Numbered from the stretch's first letter, positions 1-12,155 are shown. The stretch is 64,000 bases of DNA from an uncultured Gemmatimonadota bacterium (GCA_964490075.1 CAZBBK010000026.1:1-64000); one strand, 5' to 3'. A program made the numbers and translations. Notes: generated by a model from the letters alone, not told the origin.

Positions 1-112
1 GATCCCCCCCGATTCGACCCGTTGCTCAAGAAGGGAATGCGGGATGTTCGTTCACGTGGGATCTGCCCAGCACAGAAGCACGAGACTACTGGCGAGTCTG
101 GCCCGAGCAGCC

Positions 113-1078
113 ATGAAACACAGAGCAGCAAAGTCGGTCTTCGTCGCCGTCCTTTGTGGTTCGGCGTTCGCGGACGATGGGTCGCTGGTGGTCGAGCTCG
201 TCGATCCGAGCGCGGGCGAGTTCTTTGCTCTACGGCCACGCAACATCGGATTGGGCAATCGCGACCGACGTTTTACACGGTGTGTTCGTCTACCAATGGT
301 CGAACGGCGCCGTGCCACGTTTCGTCGACATGCGTCCGATCACCAAGCCCGACGCGGCCGCGGTCTCTGGCGACACATGCTACGTCGAGTTTCCCGAGCT
401 GCGCGGTTCCGGGATCGATCCGGAGCGAGGGATGCGAGAGCTGCACCGGCTCGAGGAGCCTGGTTCGGCCGCTCTGTCAGAGCGACTGCTTTTCGTGGCA
501 CGGCGGGAGGGACCCGATCTCTCGATCTACGATCGCTTTGCTTCGGACGGGTCCGCGCTGCTCGCGGCGGTCGACGATCCCGAGTACTGGCGTGGTAGTC
601 CGCGAACTCCTACAGCGCCGACAAGATCCCGATCGACGGGACCCAGCTCCATGTCAGCTACCTGCATCGGAGCTTCACAGTCTGGGAGCTGCTCGAATCC
701 GGTGTCGCGCTGCTCGGCACCCTCGCTCACGAGCCCTTCAGCGTCGCGGGCATGGCCGCCAGAGCCGGTCGCCTCTACGTATCGGAGAGCGAGTATTTGA
801 GCGAGCATTGGGACCGATTCTCCCTCTGCACATAAGCTCCCGGCCTGGGCCTGCGCATGGCGGATCGATGCTGGTCGTACGGATATGCCAGCGGCCAGAT
901 CCTCGCCCCTCCGCGCCAGCAGCGGCTGCTTGCGGCGCTCAGCGGTGGGCTCCACGTCTATCGCGATCTCGGCGCGGCGTCCGGCCCCTTCGATTCGGTG
1001 CTGCCGGCGCCCGAGGTACAGCTGCCGGGGCGGGTCGAGCCGGTGCCCGTCGTCGAGAATCCGCGTGCTGGACCCTGA
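113..1078 (+). pseudogene. Frameshifted secreted beta-propeller (LVIVD-like) protein
   Basis: ATG at 113 gives a signal peptide (MKHRAAKSVFVAVLCGSAFA). Protein-like text then continues across frames (LLYGHATSDWAIATDVLHGVFVYQW; DGTQLHVSYLHRSFTVWELL; AGRLYVSES; LLAALSGGLHVYRDL), with at least two frameshifts (~230, ~600) and an in-frame TAA near 833. Confidence 0.45.
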
Positions 1079-1149
1079 GGAACCGGTAGAGGTACCGCCG
1101 AGCGCCGAGATGGTATCGTGGGCTCGGAGTCCCGGATCGGAGGCAAGCG

Positions 1150-1626
1150 GTGACCTTGGACGATCTCGAACAGATACTCACGGCCCTCGAAAGTGAGGGG
1201 GTCGAGTACGTCGTGATCGGCGGCGCGGCGGTCAACGCCCACGGGCTGGTGCGCGCGACCGAGGACCTCGATCTGATGATCCGCCCCAGCCAGGAGAACG
1301 TCGCGCGTCTGCGCCGTTCGCTGCGGTCTATCTGGGATGACCCCTCCATCGATGAGATCACCGCCGAGGATCTGGCGGGGGACTATCCGGCGCTGCGCTA
1401 TGTTCCGCCGGATGGGGAGCTCTATCTCGACATCGTCGCCCGCTTCGGGGAGGCGTTCGGATTCGACGACATCGAGAGCATGCGTCTCGCGCTGGGGCCA
1501 GTCGTCATCACCGTCGCGACTCCCCGCGCGCTCTACGAGATGAAGAAGGACACGGTCAGAGAGGTCGATCGCGCCGACGCCCGTGCGTTGGGACTGCGAT
1601 TCGACCTGGACGACGACGACGATTGA
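1150..1626 (+). CDS. Nucleotidyltransferase (DUF6036/AbiEii-like MNT fold), probable TA component
   Basis: YVVIGGAAV..HG..RATEDLD motif and C-terminal K..T.REVDRAD helix typical of this family. Confidence 0.8.
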   Translation: MTLDDLEQILTALESEGVEYVVIGGAAVNAHGLVRATEDLDLMIRPSQENVARLRRSLRSIWDDPSIDEITAEDLAGDYPALRYVPPDGELYLDIVARFGEAFGFDDIESMRLALGPVVITVATPRALYEMKKDTVREVDRADARALGLRFDLDDDDD

Positions 1627-1865
1627 CGCCGAGGAGCATCCAGGTGCCCGTCCACAAGTACCGATCCGTCGAAGAGATGCCCCCCCCGCCTGCCTGCGAG
1701 CGGGGCAGCGCGTCCCATCTCAGGCGCCTCGCCGCACTCTGGAGCCGCGCGACCCGCCTCGCTCCGCGGCGCTGGAAGAGCGGGGTGTACCGCTATCGGA
1801 GCGTGGCCGATTCCTGGCGCGCGGAGGGGATGGGGGGTCGTGGGTCCGGGGGCGAGTCGGGCTGA
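1623..1865 (+). CDS. Small hypothetical partner of the nucleotidyltransferase
   Basis: Overlaps the upstream stop codon. Duplicated motif VHKYRSVEE / VYRYRSVAD. Confidence 0.6.
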   Translation: MTPRSIQVPVHKYRSVEEMPPPPACERGSASHLRRLAALWSRATRLAPRRWKSGVYRYRSVADSWRAEGMGGRGSGGESG

Positions 1866-1999
1866 CGGGGGCCGATCCTTCCAGCCCCCTTGACCAACGC
1901 GCTACAATCGGCGGCTGTGATCGCCTGCGCGTTGCGCCGTGAGAAGCGGCCCGGCGCCCCGATCGCCCCGAATCCCATCCGCTCCCTCAGGAGAATCCC

Positions 2000-3163
2000 G
2001 TGACCGACACTCCCGCCCTGACCGTACTGACCGAAGAAGAGAAGATGTTCCGCGACATGGTGCGGGACTTCGCGGAAGAGACCATCCGCCCGCGCATCCT
2101 CGAGATGGACCGCGAGGCCCGCATCGATCCCGAGCTCTTGCCGAAGCTGGCCGAGCTCGGCCTGATGGGGATCGAGGTTCCGGAAGAGCACGGCGGCCCC
2201 GGCTGCACCTTCTTTCTCTCCTGCCTGGCGGTCGAAGAGATCTCGCGGGTCGACCCCTCGGTGGCGGCGCTGGTCGACGTGCAGAACACCCTGGTGGTGA
2301 ACGTCATCAAGCGCTGGGCCAATCCCGCGATGCAGGCCCGCATCTACCCGCGCCTGGCGGCCGGCACGGTCGGCGCCTTCTGCCTCTCCGAGGCCGGTTC
2401 CGGCTCCGACGCCTTCGCGCTGACCTGCCGCGCCGAGAAGACCGAGGGCGGCTACGTGCTGAACGGTCCCAAGCTCTGGATCACCAACGCCAACGAGGCC
2501 GACATCTTCCTGGTCTTCGCCAACCTCGATCCCGAGAAGGGCTATCGCGGCATCACTTGCTTCGTGGTCGAGCGCGGCATGCCCGGCTTCGAGGTCGGCA
2601 AGAAGGAAGACAAGCTGGGGATCCGCGCCAGCAGCACCTGCGAGCTCTTGCTCGAGAACGTCGAGGTGCCGGCCGAGAACCTGCTGGGCGAAGAGGGCAA
2701 GGGCTACAAGATCGCCATCGAGACCCTGAACGAAGGACGGATCGGGATCGGCGCCCAGATGGTCGGGCTGAGCCAGGGCGCGCTGGAGCACGCCACCCGC
2801 CACGTGCAGGAGCGCGAGCAGTTCGGCAAGCCGCTGGCGGCCAACCAGGGGATCCAGTTCCAACTCGCCCGCATGGACATGGACATCGCCCTGGCCCGCC
2901 TCTCGGTCTACAACGGCGCCCGGCTGCGCGACGCCGGCCTGCCCTTCGTGAAAGAGGCTTGCTACGCCAAGCTCTTCGGCAGCGAGGCGGCGGAGCGGGT
3001 CACCTCGATGGCGGTGGAGCTCCTGGGCGGCTACGGCTTCACCAAGGAGTATCCGGTCGAGAAGCTCTACCGCGACGCCAAGGTCGGCAAGATCTACGAA
3101 GGCACCAGCAACATGCAGCTGCAGACCATCGCCAAGATGCTGCTGGCCGAGTACAAGATCTGA
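2000..3163 (+). CDS. Acyl-CoA dehydrogenase (short/branched-chain type)
   Basis: FCLSEAGSGSDA, LNGPKLWITN, KLGIRASST, GGYGFTKEYPVEKLYRDAK and IYEGTSN motifs. RBS AGGAG upstream. Confidence 0.95.
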   Translation: MTDTPALTVLTEEEKMFRDMVRDFAEETIRPRILEMDREARIDPELLPKLAELGLMGIEVPEEHGGPGCTFFLSCLAVEEISRVDPSVAALVDVQNTLVVNVIKRWANPAMQARIYPRLAAGTVGAFCLSEAGSGSDAFALTCRAEKTEGGYVLNGPKLWITNANEADIFLVFANLDPEKGYRGITCFVVERGMPGFEVGKKEDKLGIRASSTCELLLENVEVPAENLLGEEGKGYKIAIETLNEGRIGIGAQMVGLSQGALEHATRHVQEREQFGKPLAANQGIQFQLARMDMDIALARLSVYNGARLRDAGLPFVKEACYAKLFGSEAAERVTSMAVELLGGYGFTKEYPVEKLYRDAKVGKIYEGTSNMQLQTIAKMLLAEYKI

Positions 3164-3185
3164 GTCGAGCTCTGACCTCCAGAAA

Positions 3186-3218
3186 CAGCGGCCGCGAGCG
3201 TCGAGCCCGCGGCCGCTG
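3186..3218. terminator. Probable bidirectional intrinsic terminator
   Basis: 11-bp inverted repeat CAGCGGCCGCG...CGCGGCCGCTG between the convergent dehydrogenase and tRNA genes. Confidence 0.6.
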
Positions 3219-3224
3219 ATCATT

Positions 3225-3300
<76 letters not shown>

Positions 3301-3308
3301 ATCGTTCC

Positions 3309-3385
3309 TGGGGTGAGTGAGGGGACTTGAACCCCCGACCACCGGAACCACAATCCGGTGCTCTGCCGACTGAGCTACACTCACC
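3309..3385 (-). tRNA. tRNA-His(GTG)
   Basis: Reverse complement reads GGTGAGTGTAGCTCAGTCGGCAGAGCACCGGATT-GTG-GTTCCGG...GGTTCAAGTCC...CACCCCA. G-1 and CCA are present. Confidence 0.97.
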
Positions 3386-3461
3386 AGGTATTTGGAAGCG
3401 ATCAGCATAGGAGGAAGGGGGATGGGGAGTCAATGTTGGATTCGGCGATCGCCCGGTCGAT

Positions 3462-4613
3462 TCAACCGATCAGCTCTCCAGCCGCGAGCCTCCGGGCAAA
3501 GGCCGCGAAGGGAAGAACCCGCACCGGTCCATCGACCAGCTCTTCGGCGCCGAGATAGATGCCGAAGGCGCGCTCGAGGATCCGCTCATCGGCCAGGCGT
3601 CCGAGCGCGGCCGATGCTTCGGGACGCCAGCGGCGCGCGGCCTTGACCTCGAAGCCGACGTGGCGTCGCCCGCGCGACCAGATGAAGTCGATCTCCGATC
3701 CACTCGGGGTGCGCCAGAAGGAGAGCTTCCCGCCGATGCCGGCGTAGGCGATGTGCGCCCTGAGCTCGTTGAGCACGATCGTCTCGAGCAGGGGGCCACG
3801 CTCGGCTTTCTCCACCGGGTCGCGCAGCAGCCCGAGAAGCGCGCGGACCACGCCGGGATCGAAGTAGTAGAACTTGCTCTTGGCCACCTCCTTGACCTTG
3901 GCCTTCGGATTCCAGGCCGGGAGCCAGGTGCCGATCAGCGTATCGACCAGCACCTGGAAGAAACGCTGAACCGTGGGCCGAGCCACCGCGGCATCGCGCG
4001 CCACTCCCGCCGTATTGACCACCTGGCCATTCATGATGGCGGCGACTTCGAGAAAGCGGTGGAAGGCACCGATATCTCGCACCAACGACTCCTGCTGGAT
4101 CTCCTGTCGCAGGTAGGTGTGCACGTATGCCTCGAGCACGTCGACGGCGTGCTCCGGCTCGGCGCAGACCTCGGGCAGGGCGCCGAAGTGGAGCAGGCGA
4201 TCGATCGAGAGGTCGTCGCCGAGCTCGAGGGCCGTCAGAGGAAAGAAGCGCCGCTCGAACACACGGCCGGCGAGCAGATCCACGTCCATTCGCCGCAGCT
4301 TGCGAACACTGGAGCCGCTCAGGGCGAACGGGTAAGCGTCGCCCTCTTCGGCGATGATCGCGTGGACCTCGGAAAGCAGCGCCGGAATGCGCTGGACCTC
4401 GTTGATGACCACGGGCGTGCCGGCGGGCAGCGCGAGCACGCGCCGGCGGATCCGCGAGGGATCACGCAGCAGGGGCAGATAGACCTCGCTGCGCAGCAGA
4501 TCGTACCACTGTGCGGAGGGGTATCGACTCCGGAGCCAGGTCGACTTGCCCGTTGCGCGGGGACCGAAGAGGAAGAAGGAGTGGTCGGGCGGCTCGAGAA
4601 CCCGTGTATACAT
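3462..4613 (-). CDS. AAA_14 ATPase with DUF4143 / PD-(D/E)xK-like C-terminus
   Basis: Walker A GPRATGKS. Walker B is the variant VVINEVQ. Also LSGSS, KFYYFDPG and EIDFI..GFEVK. Confidence 0.9.
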   Translation of the reverse strand: MYTRVLEPPDHSFFLFGPRATGKSTWLRSRYPSAQWYDLLRSEVYLPLLRDPSRIRRRVLALPAGTPVVINEVQRIPALLSEVHAIIAEEGDAYPFALSGSSVRKLRRMDVDLLAGRVFERRFFPLTALELGDDLSIDRLLHFGALPEVCAEPEHAVDVLEAYVHTYLRQEIQQESLVRDIGAFHRFLEVAAIMNGQVVNTAGVARDAAVARPTVQRFFQVLVDTLIGTWLPAWNPKAKVKEVAKSKFYYFDPGVVRALLGLLRDPVEKAERGPLLETIVLNELRAHIAYAGIGGKLSFWRTPSGSEIDFIWSRGRRHVGFEVKAARRWRPEASAALGRLADERILERAFGIYLGAEELVDGPVRVLPFAAFARRLAAGELIG

Positions 4614-4822
4614 CGCGAGCAATATAACGGTAAAAATGCTCGCGTCCAATACAGGTGGACCTTCCGCGAGCCGCCGGAATCTCTTACAACCCGCGGCCGA
4701 ATCGCCGGCTGAGCCGACACCTGGGGTCCGGCCGGCCGGCCTCTGCCTCGGCCTGGACCCTGGCGCGCGACTTGCACTCGGGATCCTCCGCGCATTGGTA
4801 GCGCCCGACGGAGAACGATCCG

Positions 4823-6154
4823 ATGTCGAACGCCCCTCTCTTCGCTCTCATCGTGTCCGGCGGCGCATTGGCCGCGACGGTTCGCGTGCCGGGCGACCAG
4901 CCGACCATCCAGGCGGGGATCTTCGCCGCCTCCGAGCACGACACCGTGCTGGTCGCCCCGGGAACCTACACCGGGGACGGCAACAAGAACCTCTATCTGA
5001 ACGGGGTCGACCGCGTCCTGCTCTCGGAAGGGGGGGCGGAGGTGACGATGATCGACTGCCAGTTCAATGGCCGGGGCTTCTCTTTCCACGGGGGCGAAAC
5101 GTCGGCCACGGTGCTGGCCGGATTCACCATCGCCGGTGCCTACGTCGACGGCGAAGGGGGCGCGATCCGCTGCATCAGCGCTTCCTCCCCGACGGTGGTG
5201 AAGTGCAGGCTCTTCGACAACGAGGCCGAGGATGGCGGAGCCGCGATCTTCTGTGCCTCGCAGTCGGCGCCGACGCTGCGCGAATGCGAGATCGACTACA
5301 ACTGGGTCGCCAACGGCGCCGTGGTCGACTGTGAGAACAGCTCTCCCACCTTGCAGAGCTGCACGATCACCCACAATTGGGGATCGATCCGGTGTTACGG
5401 CTCTTCGCCGACGCTGCGGGACTGCGTCATCACGGACAACTCCGCGGCCGGTTGGCATGGCGGCGGCGGCGGAATCCGATGCTGGAACGACTCCCGTCCC
5501 ACCCTGCTGAGGTGCGTCATCCGCGGCAACAGCGGCCAGTCGGGGGGCGGGGTGGCGTGCGTCAACGACTCTCCCGCTCGCATCCTGTTCTGCACGATCG
5601 CTGACAACACCGCCGAGGCGTTCGGCGGGGGGGTGTACTGCAGCGGCTCTTCGCCCACCTTGCTGAACTGCATCATCAGCGGGAATTCGGCCGTCGAGGA
5701 AGGTGGCGCGTTGCAGACCTCCCAGAGCTGCTCGCCGCAGCTGATCAACTGCACGATCACTGGCAACGTCGCCGGGATCCAAGGGGGCGGGCTGAGTTTC
5801 CTGCACTACTACGGCTCGCTCTCGGAGCCGTTCTTGCGCAACACCATTCTCTGGGGCAACGAGCCGGACGAGATCTACAACAACCCGGACTACCTGGCCG
5901 ATCCGACCCTCCGCCACTGCGACGTGCAAGGCGGCTGGCCGGGCGAGGGCAACATCGACGCCGACCCGCGCTTCGGCTCCTATCTCGACTACGACTACGT
6001 GTTGTGGCCGGGATCGCCCTGCATCGATGCCGGCACGGGCGAGGCCGATGGCGTGGACTGGGACTCGATCGATCCACGCTATGGGGATCACAACGACCCG
6101 CTGCCCGACATGGGCGCCTATGGGGGGCCGGGCGCGGCGGGTTGGCTGCCATAG
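4823..6154 (+). CDS. Secreted right-handed parallel beta-helix repeat protein
   Basis: Signal peptide, VPGDQPTIQAGI..DTVLVAPGTY, repeated GGGxxCxxSSPTLxxCxIxxN units, GNIDADP, SPCIDAG and DMGAYGG. Confidence 0.9.
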   Translation: MSNAPLFALIVSGGALAATVRVPGDQPTIQAGIFAASEHDTVLVAPGTYTGDGNKNLYLNGVDRVLLSEGGAEVTMIDCQFNGRGFSFHGGETSATVLAGFTIAGAYVDGEGGAIRCISASSPTVVKCRLFDNEAEDGGAAIFCASQSAPTLRECEIDYNWVANGAVVDCENSSPTLQSCTITHNWGSIRCYGSSPTLRDCVITDNSAAGWHGGGGGIRCWNDSRPTLLRCVIRGNSGQSGGGVACVNDSPARILFCTIADNTAEAFGGGVYCSGSSPTLLNCIISGNSAVEEGGALQTSQSCSPQLINCTITGNVAGIQGGGLSFLHYYGSLSEPFLRNTILWGNEPDEIYNNPDYLADPTLRHCDVQGGWPGEGNIDADPRFGSYLDYDYVLWPGSPCIDAGTGEADGVDWDSIDPRYGDHNDPLPDMGAYGGPGAAGWLP

Positions 6155-6226
6155 CGCTCGCCTTGCTCAAGTCGATTCGCGTTCCTGCCGATGGTGAGTC
6201 GAACCCCCATTCCCGGAACCGCCTCC

Positions 6227-6418
6227 ATGCTGCTCCAGCTCGCCGCCATGGCATCCGACATCACCCACGCCGACTTCGGCCAGCGGGTCGACATGGCGGT
6301 GGCGCGGCAGGTGATGGATCAGCAGAAGATCCAGGGGCGCGGCGTGATCGATCTGCTCGAGAGCGCGCCGCCGCCGCCCGAGCCGGGCAAGGGCGCGCTG
6401 CTCGACATTCGCGCCTGA
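6227..6418 (+). CDS. YjfB-family small putative motility protein
   Basis: MAVARQVMDQQKIQGRGVIDLLES...GKGALLDIRA pattern. The start may instead be 6248. Confidence 0.65.
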   Translation: MLLQLAAMASDITHADFGQRVDMAVARQVMDQQKIQGRGVIDLLESAPPPPEPGKGALLDIRA

Positions 6419-6519
6419 TTCTGCTCGGTTGGCTTCGTCGACCAGCGGGAGTCAACCGCTCAGAACTCCTCGTTCGCGGGCCGGAGCTCCGAGTACCGAC
6501 CGGCCGCCGCAGGGGCGGT

Positions 6520-8361
<1,842 letters not shown>

Positions 8362-8506
8362 CGGATCGGGGCGGACTGCGTGTTGGCTTCTAGTTCTTCT
8401 TTGGCACTTTTGACAATTCGAACAAGCCTTGGAGCCTATCCCAAAACCCCCCATCGTCTGGCCTGCGGCGTAGGACTCTCTGCTGCGGCATCGGAGCGCG
8501 CCCGAA

Positions 8507-9562
8507 TCACTGCGCGGCCATCGCCGCCTCCGGCGACCAGTCGGGATCGAGCGCCACCCGCGAGGCCAGGGTCTGCAGCGTTCGCAGCCCTTCCGTTTTC
8601 GACTCGCCGGGGGCGTAGACCGCCATGTCGACCATCACGGTGCGGCCCCTGGCCGGGTCGGGGATGCACCAGGTTTCGAAAGGGCCGCCCATCACGTGGC
8701 CATGGTTCTCCCAGAGCCCGCGCAGGCGCACTCCCCAGAGGCCGTCGAAGCTGCGTTCGTCGCTGCGCAGTCCCTGGCGCCGAATCAGGTCGCCTTCGTA
8801 GACCTCGCTGACGACGGCGTCGCGCCATACCCGACAGCGCTCGCTCAGGCCGCGCGTGGAGGCGCCGGGGAAGGCCTGCGCCAGGAGCTGCCAGTCCTCG
8901 CTCTTGCGCCGTTTCCAGATCGCCACCCGCGCCTGGTCGGGCTGGTAGTCGCGCACCAGCCAGCGACGCGGGATCGGCATCCGGATGCCGGTGCCCCGCG
9001 CCACGCGCTCCTCCTCGTCCTGCTGGGTGCGCCGCAACACCTTGTCGGCGACCCGCTCGCGCACGAAGCGGTCGTAGACATCGCGCAGCGCCGCGCCCTG
9101 CACCAGCACCCGGCCGCGCAGCTCGGGGCCGCTCGGCGCGCTGAGGATTCCGACCAGCTGCGGCCGCGCCCACAGGTCGCGACGGATGAGCAGCCAGCCT
9201 TCACCCTCGGCGGCGGCGGCGCGCAAGGCCGGTGGATCGAGGTGCGGGTGCAAGAGCGAGAGCGCGTCGCCCCAGCGCTCGTGGGTGCCGGCGATGAGGA
9301 TCATCGCGAACTGGCTGAAGAACTCGAAGTCGGCGGGCGACTCACGCCGCACCTTGTAGAGCGACTCGGGGCGTGGGGTCTCGATCGGCTCCTCGAAGAG
9401 CTCAGTCAGCGGCTCGCGCAGCTCCGACCAGTCGACCGCGTCGGCGAACACCACGATCGACTTCTCGGGCGACATGGAGGAGCGGCGCGCCGGATCGGAG
9501 GCGCAGCCGGTCAACGCCGTCGCCGCGGCCGCTACCACCACGAGGTTGCCGAGACGCGTCAC
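8507..9562 (-). CDS. DUF4837-family lipoprotein
   Basis: GTG start overlaps the upstream stop. Lipobox ALTGC. Also RDLWARPQ, RGLWEN..MGGPF and AVYAPGESK. Confidence 0.75.
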   Translation of the reverse strand: MTRLGNLVVVAAAATALTGCASDPARRSSMSPEKSIVVFADAVDWSELREPLTELFEEPIETPRPESLYKVRRESPADFEFFSQFAMILIAGTHERWGDALSLLHPHLDPPALRAAAAEGEGWLLIRRDLWARPQLVGILSAPSGPELRGRVLVQGAALRDVYDRFVRERVADKVLRRTQQDEEERVARGTGIRMPIPRRWLVRDYQPDQARVAIWKRRKSEDWQLLAQAFPGASTRGLSERCRVWRDAVVSEVYEGDLIRRQGLRSDERSFDGLWGVRLRGLWENHGHVMGGPFETWCIPDPARGRTVMVDMAVYAPGESKTEGLRTLQTLASRVALDPDWSPEAAMAAQ

Positions 9563-10758
9563 GGCGCCGCCGCGCCGGCGCAGCGGGCCAGCTCCAGGCG
9601 CAGCTCCGCCAGCTCGGTCTCCAGCGATCCGAGTCGCGACTCGAGCACTTCGAGAGCGGCTCGGGGCGCGCCGGGAGCCATGGCCAAAGCGGGCCCTGTG
9701 GTTGACGGGCCGGGTCGCGCGTCGGCGAGGGAGTGCACCGCCCAGTCGACCGTGGGGTCGAAGGCGGCAGTGCGTTTGTGAACCACGACGTCGAGATCGA
9801 GGATCTTGCCACCCCGGCGCGCGGACACCCGCAGCGTGGCTCCCACCGGCGCGTAGACCACCGACTCCAGCAGGCCGTCGACCGAGGCCACGGTGGCGCC
9901 GTCGAGCTTCAAGATCTGGTCGCCGGGCCGCAGCCCCGCCTCGAAGGCCGGTCCGCCGTCGACCACGCCGGCGACCTGAGCACAGGTGTGTCCCTCCGGG
10001 CAATCCTCGGCGGTCACTCCCAGAAAGCCGTAGTCGCAAGCGCCGCGCAGGGCGATCAGACGCTCCAGTCCGCGCCGGGCGCGGGCGATCGGGACCGCCA
10101 CGCGCAGGTCTCCGGAGCCCTCCTCCTGCAGCGCGCCGGCCACGATTCCGATCAGCTCGCCGCCGACATCGAGCACCGCGCCGCCGGCGTCTCCGGGGCC
10201 GATCGGGGCGGTGATCTGCATCCACTCCGACGCGCCGAGCTGCAGGCCGCGCGGCACGCCACCGCCCACCAGGCCGATCGCGGCGCTCGGTCGCCCACCG
10301 GCGGGGTTGCCGAGCACCAGGATGACTTCGGCGTGGCGCGCCGGAACGCGCCGTCGCCGCAGCGGGGGCGCCAGTGTGGTCTCGGTGCGCAGCACCGACA
10401 GCCGGCTCAGCGGATCCTGGCCCAGGAGCCGCGCCGGAAGGGTCGCGCCGGGCCCGCCCTGAATCTCGATGCGCTGCGCCCGGCTCAGCTCCGGGTCGAA
10501 GGTCACGACGTGGTGGGCATCCCAGACCACGCCGCTGACCACGCGCGCGGAGGGGGTCCGCGGCGGCTCGCCCGGATCGCGGTACGAGACCACCTTGACG
10601 ACCGCGCCGGAGTTGGCGTCGAGGATCTCCTGGATCTCGGCCTGGAGCTCACCCAGGAAGCCCCCCCGGGCCGCGGGCGGGGGCAGCAGGAGCGCCGTGG
10701 CCGCAGCCAGGGCCAGGCCGATCGAGCGGCCTCCGGGAGAGCTTCGTGCTCGACTCAT
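9559..10758 (-). CDS. HtrA/S1C trypsin-like + PDZ protein with a degenerate catalytic triad
   Basis: Signal peptide, SGVVW, VLGNP, WMQITAPIGPGDAGG, PDZ motif GFLGV..GLRPGDQI and a C-terminal coiled coil. Confidence 0.8.
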   Translation of the reverse strand: MSRARSSPGGRSIGLALAAATALLLPPPAARGGFLGELQAEIQEILDANSGAVVKVVSYRDPGEPPRTPSARVVSGVVWDAHHVVTFDPELSRAQRIEIQGGPGATLPARLLGQDPLSRLSVLRTETTLAPPLRRRRVPARHAEVILVLGNPAGGRPSAAIGLVGGGVPRGLQLGASEWMQITAPIGPGDAGGAVLDVGGELIGIVAGALQEEGSGDLRVAVPIARARRGLERLIALRGACDYGFLGVTAEDCPEGHTCAQVAGVVDGGPAFEAGLRPGDQILKLDGATVASVDGLLESVVYAPVGATLRVSARRGGKILDLDVVVHKRTAAFDPTVDWAVHSLADARPGPSTTGPALAMAPGAPRAALEVLESRLGSLETELAELRLELARCAGAAAP

Positions 10759-10815
10759 GAGCTTCGATCCTCGCGTCGCCGGTGGAGCGCGGAGAATAGC
10801 CGCCGCGGGCCCAGC

Positions 10816-11556
10816 TCAGAAGCTCCGTCGGCGCCGGTCGGTCTCCAGAATCACCGCGCGGTCGCGGGCGTCGAGCGCCGCGGGGACGATGCCGGCGTCG
10901 GCCGCGTGGGGCGCGGAGCGCGGGTCGGTGGCGATCGGCGGCGCGCCGGACTCGGCCGCGAGTCGGGCCTCGAGAACGCTCAGGGCCTGCTCCAGCTCGT
11001 CGGCTTGGTCGGTGGGGAGGCTGTCGGGGTCCGACTCCGAGTCGGTGAGCTCGGCGATCTGGAGCTCCGGGTCGGGAGCGGGCGGAATCGGGGCGGCGGG
11101 GAGCGGCGCGGGGCGGGCGGCCGGCAGGGCGCTCTCCGCGGCGAGCGGGGGGGGGGGCGGCGTTCCGGAAGCGGGCAGCAGACCGGCCGGCGACACCCGC
11201 AGGGCGACCGCGGCGAGCACCGCGAGCGCCCCGGTCAGGGCGGCAGTGCGAAAGGGCCGCAGGGCCAGCGCCTCGATGATCCGGTCGGTCATGTCGCTCC
11301 ACGACCAGGCGCCGAGCTGGTGGGCTCGCACGCGCGCCATGACCCGATCCTCGAAGTCGGCGGAGGGCTCGACCGGCTCGAGATCGGCGAGCATGCCCAG
11401 CGCGCAGCGCATCCGGTCGAGCTCGGCTCGGCAGGCGTCGCACTCGAGAGCGTGCAGCTCCACCAGCCGCACCACCCGCTGGTCGGCGTCGGCGTCCACC
11501 ACCTCGGCGATCAGCGGACGGATCGCCCGGCATTTGCTGCCCATCTCGTGCCTCAT
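10816..11556 (-). CDS. Zinc-binding (ZAS) transmembrane anti-sigma factor
   Basis: HALECDAC (HxxxCxxC), FEDRVMARV, one TM helix and a Pro-rich tail. Overlaps the sigma gene stop. Confidence 0.85.
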   Translation of the reverse strand: MRHEMGSKCRAIRPLIAEVVDADADQRVVRLVELHALECDACRAELDRMRCALGMLADLEPVEPSADFEDRVMARVRAHQLGAWSWSDMTDRIIEALALRPFRTAALTGALAVLAAVALRVSPAGLLPASGTPPPPPLAAESALPAARPAPLPAAPIPPAPDPELQIAELTDSESDPDSLPTDQADELEQALSVLEARLAAESGAPPIATDPRSAPHAADAGIVPAALDARDRAVILETDRRRRSF

Positions 11557-12155
11557 CCGAGCGCCTCCACATAGGGCTGCATCAGGTCTTTGAAGCGTCC
11601 TCGCGCGCGGTTCACCCGCGACTTGATGGTGCCCAGGGGCACGCCCACGATTTCGGCGATGCGTTCGTAGGAGTGGCCCTGGACGTCGCGCAGCACGAAG
11701 GCCACGCGGTACTTGATAGGAAGATCGGCGATCGCTTTGGCGATCTCTCCCTGGAGCTCGTGCTGCTCGGTCAGCTGGTCCGGTCCGCGCGCGTCGTCCT
11801 CGACATCGCGCGCCAGCTCGTCGCCGCTCGAGGTGCGCACCGGACGCTCGAGCGAGACGAAGCTCACCCGGCGCCGGCGGCGCAGCTCGTTGATCGCCAG
11901 GTTGCTGGCGATGCGGTAGAGCCAGGGGCTGAACCGCGCCCCGTCGCGGAAGGTGTGGGCCTTCGTGAACACCCTGAGGAAGGCCTCCTGGGCGATGTCC
12001 TCCGCGAGCTCACGGCTGTTCACGGTGCGCTGCACGAAGCCGATGATGCGGTTCTTGTAGCGCCCGACCAGGCCCTGGAAGGCGGCATGGTCGCCTTGCT
12101 TGACCAGGGCCATCAGTGTTTCGTCGCTGGGGGGACTCGCCTGGGACATCGACAC
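11553..12155 (-). CDS. ECF RNA polymerase sigma factor (RpoE/SigW-like)
   Basis: AEDIAQEAFL, FSPWLYRIASN and SYERIAEIVGVPLGTIKSRVNRAR. Confidence 0.95.
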   Translation of the reverse strand: MSMSQASPPSDETLMALVKQGDHAAFQGLVGRYKNRIIGFVQRTVNSRELAEDIAQEAFLRVFTKAHTFRDGARFSPWLYRIASNLAINELRRRRRVSFVSLERPVRTSSGDELARDVEDDARGPDQLTEQHELQGEIAKAIADLPIKYRVAFVLRDVQGHSYERIAEIVGVPLGTIKSRVNRARGRFKDLMQPYVEALG

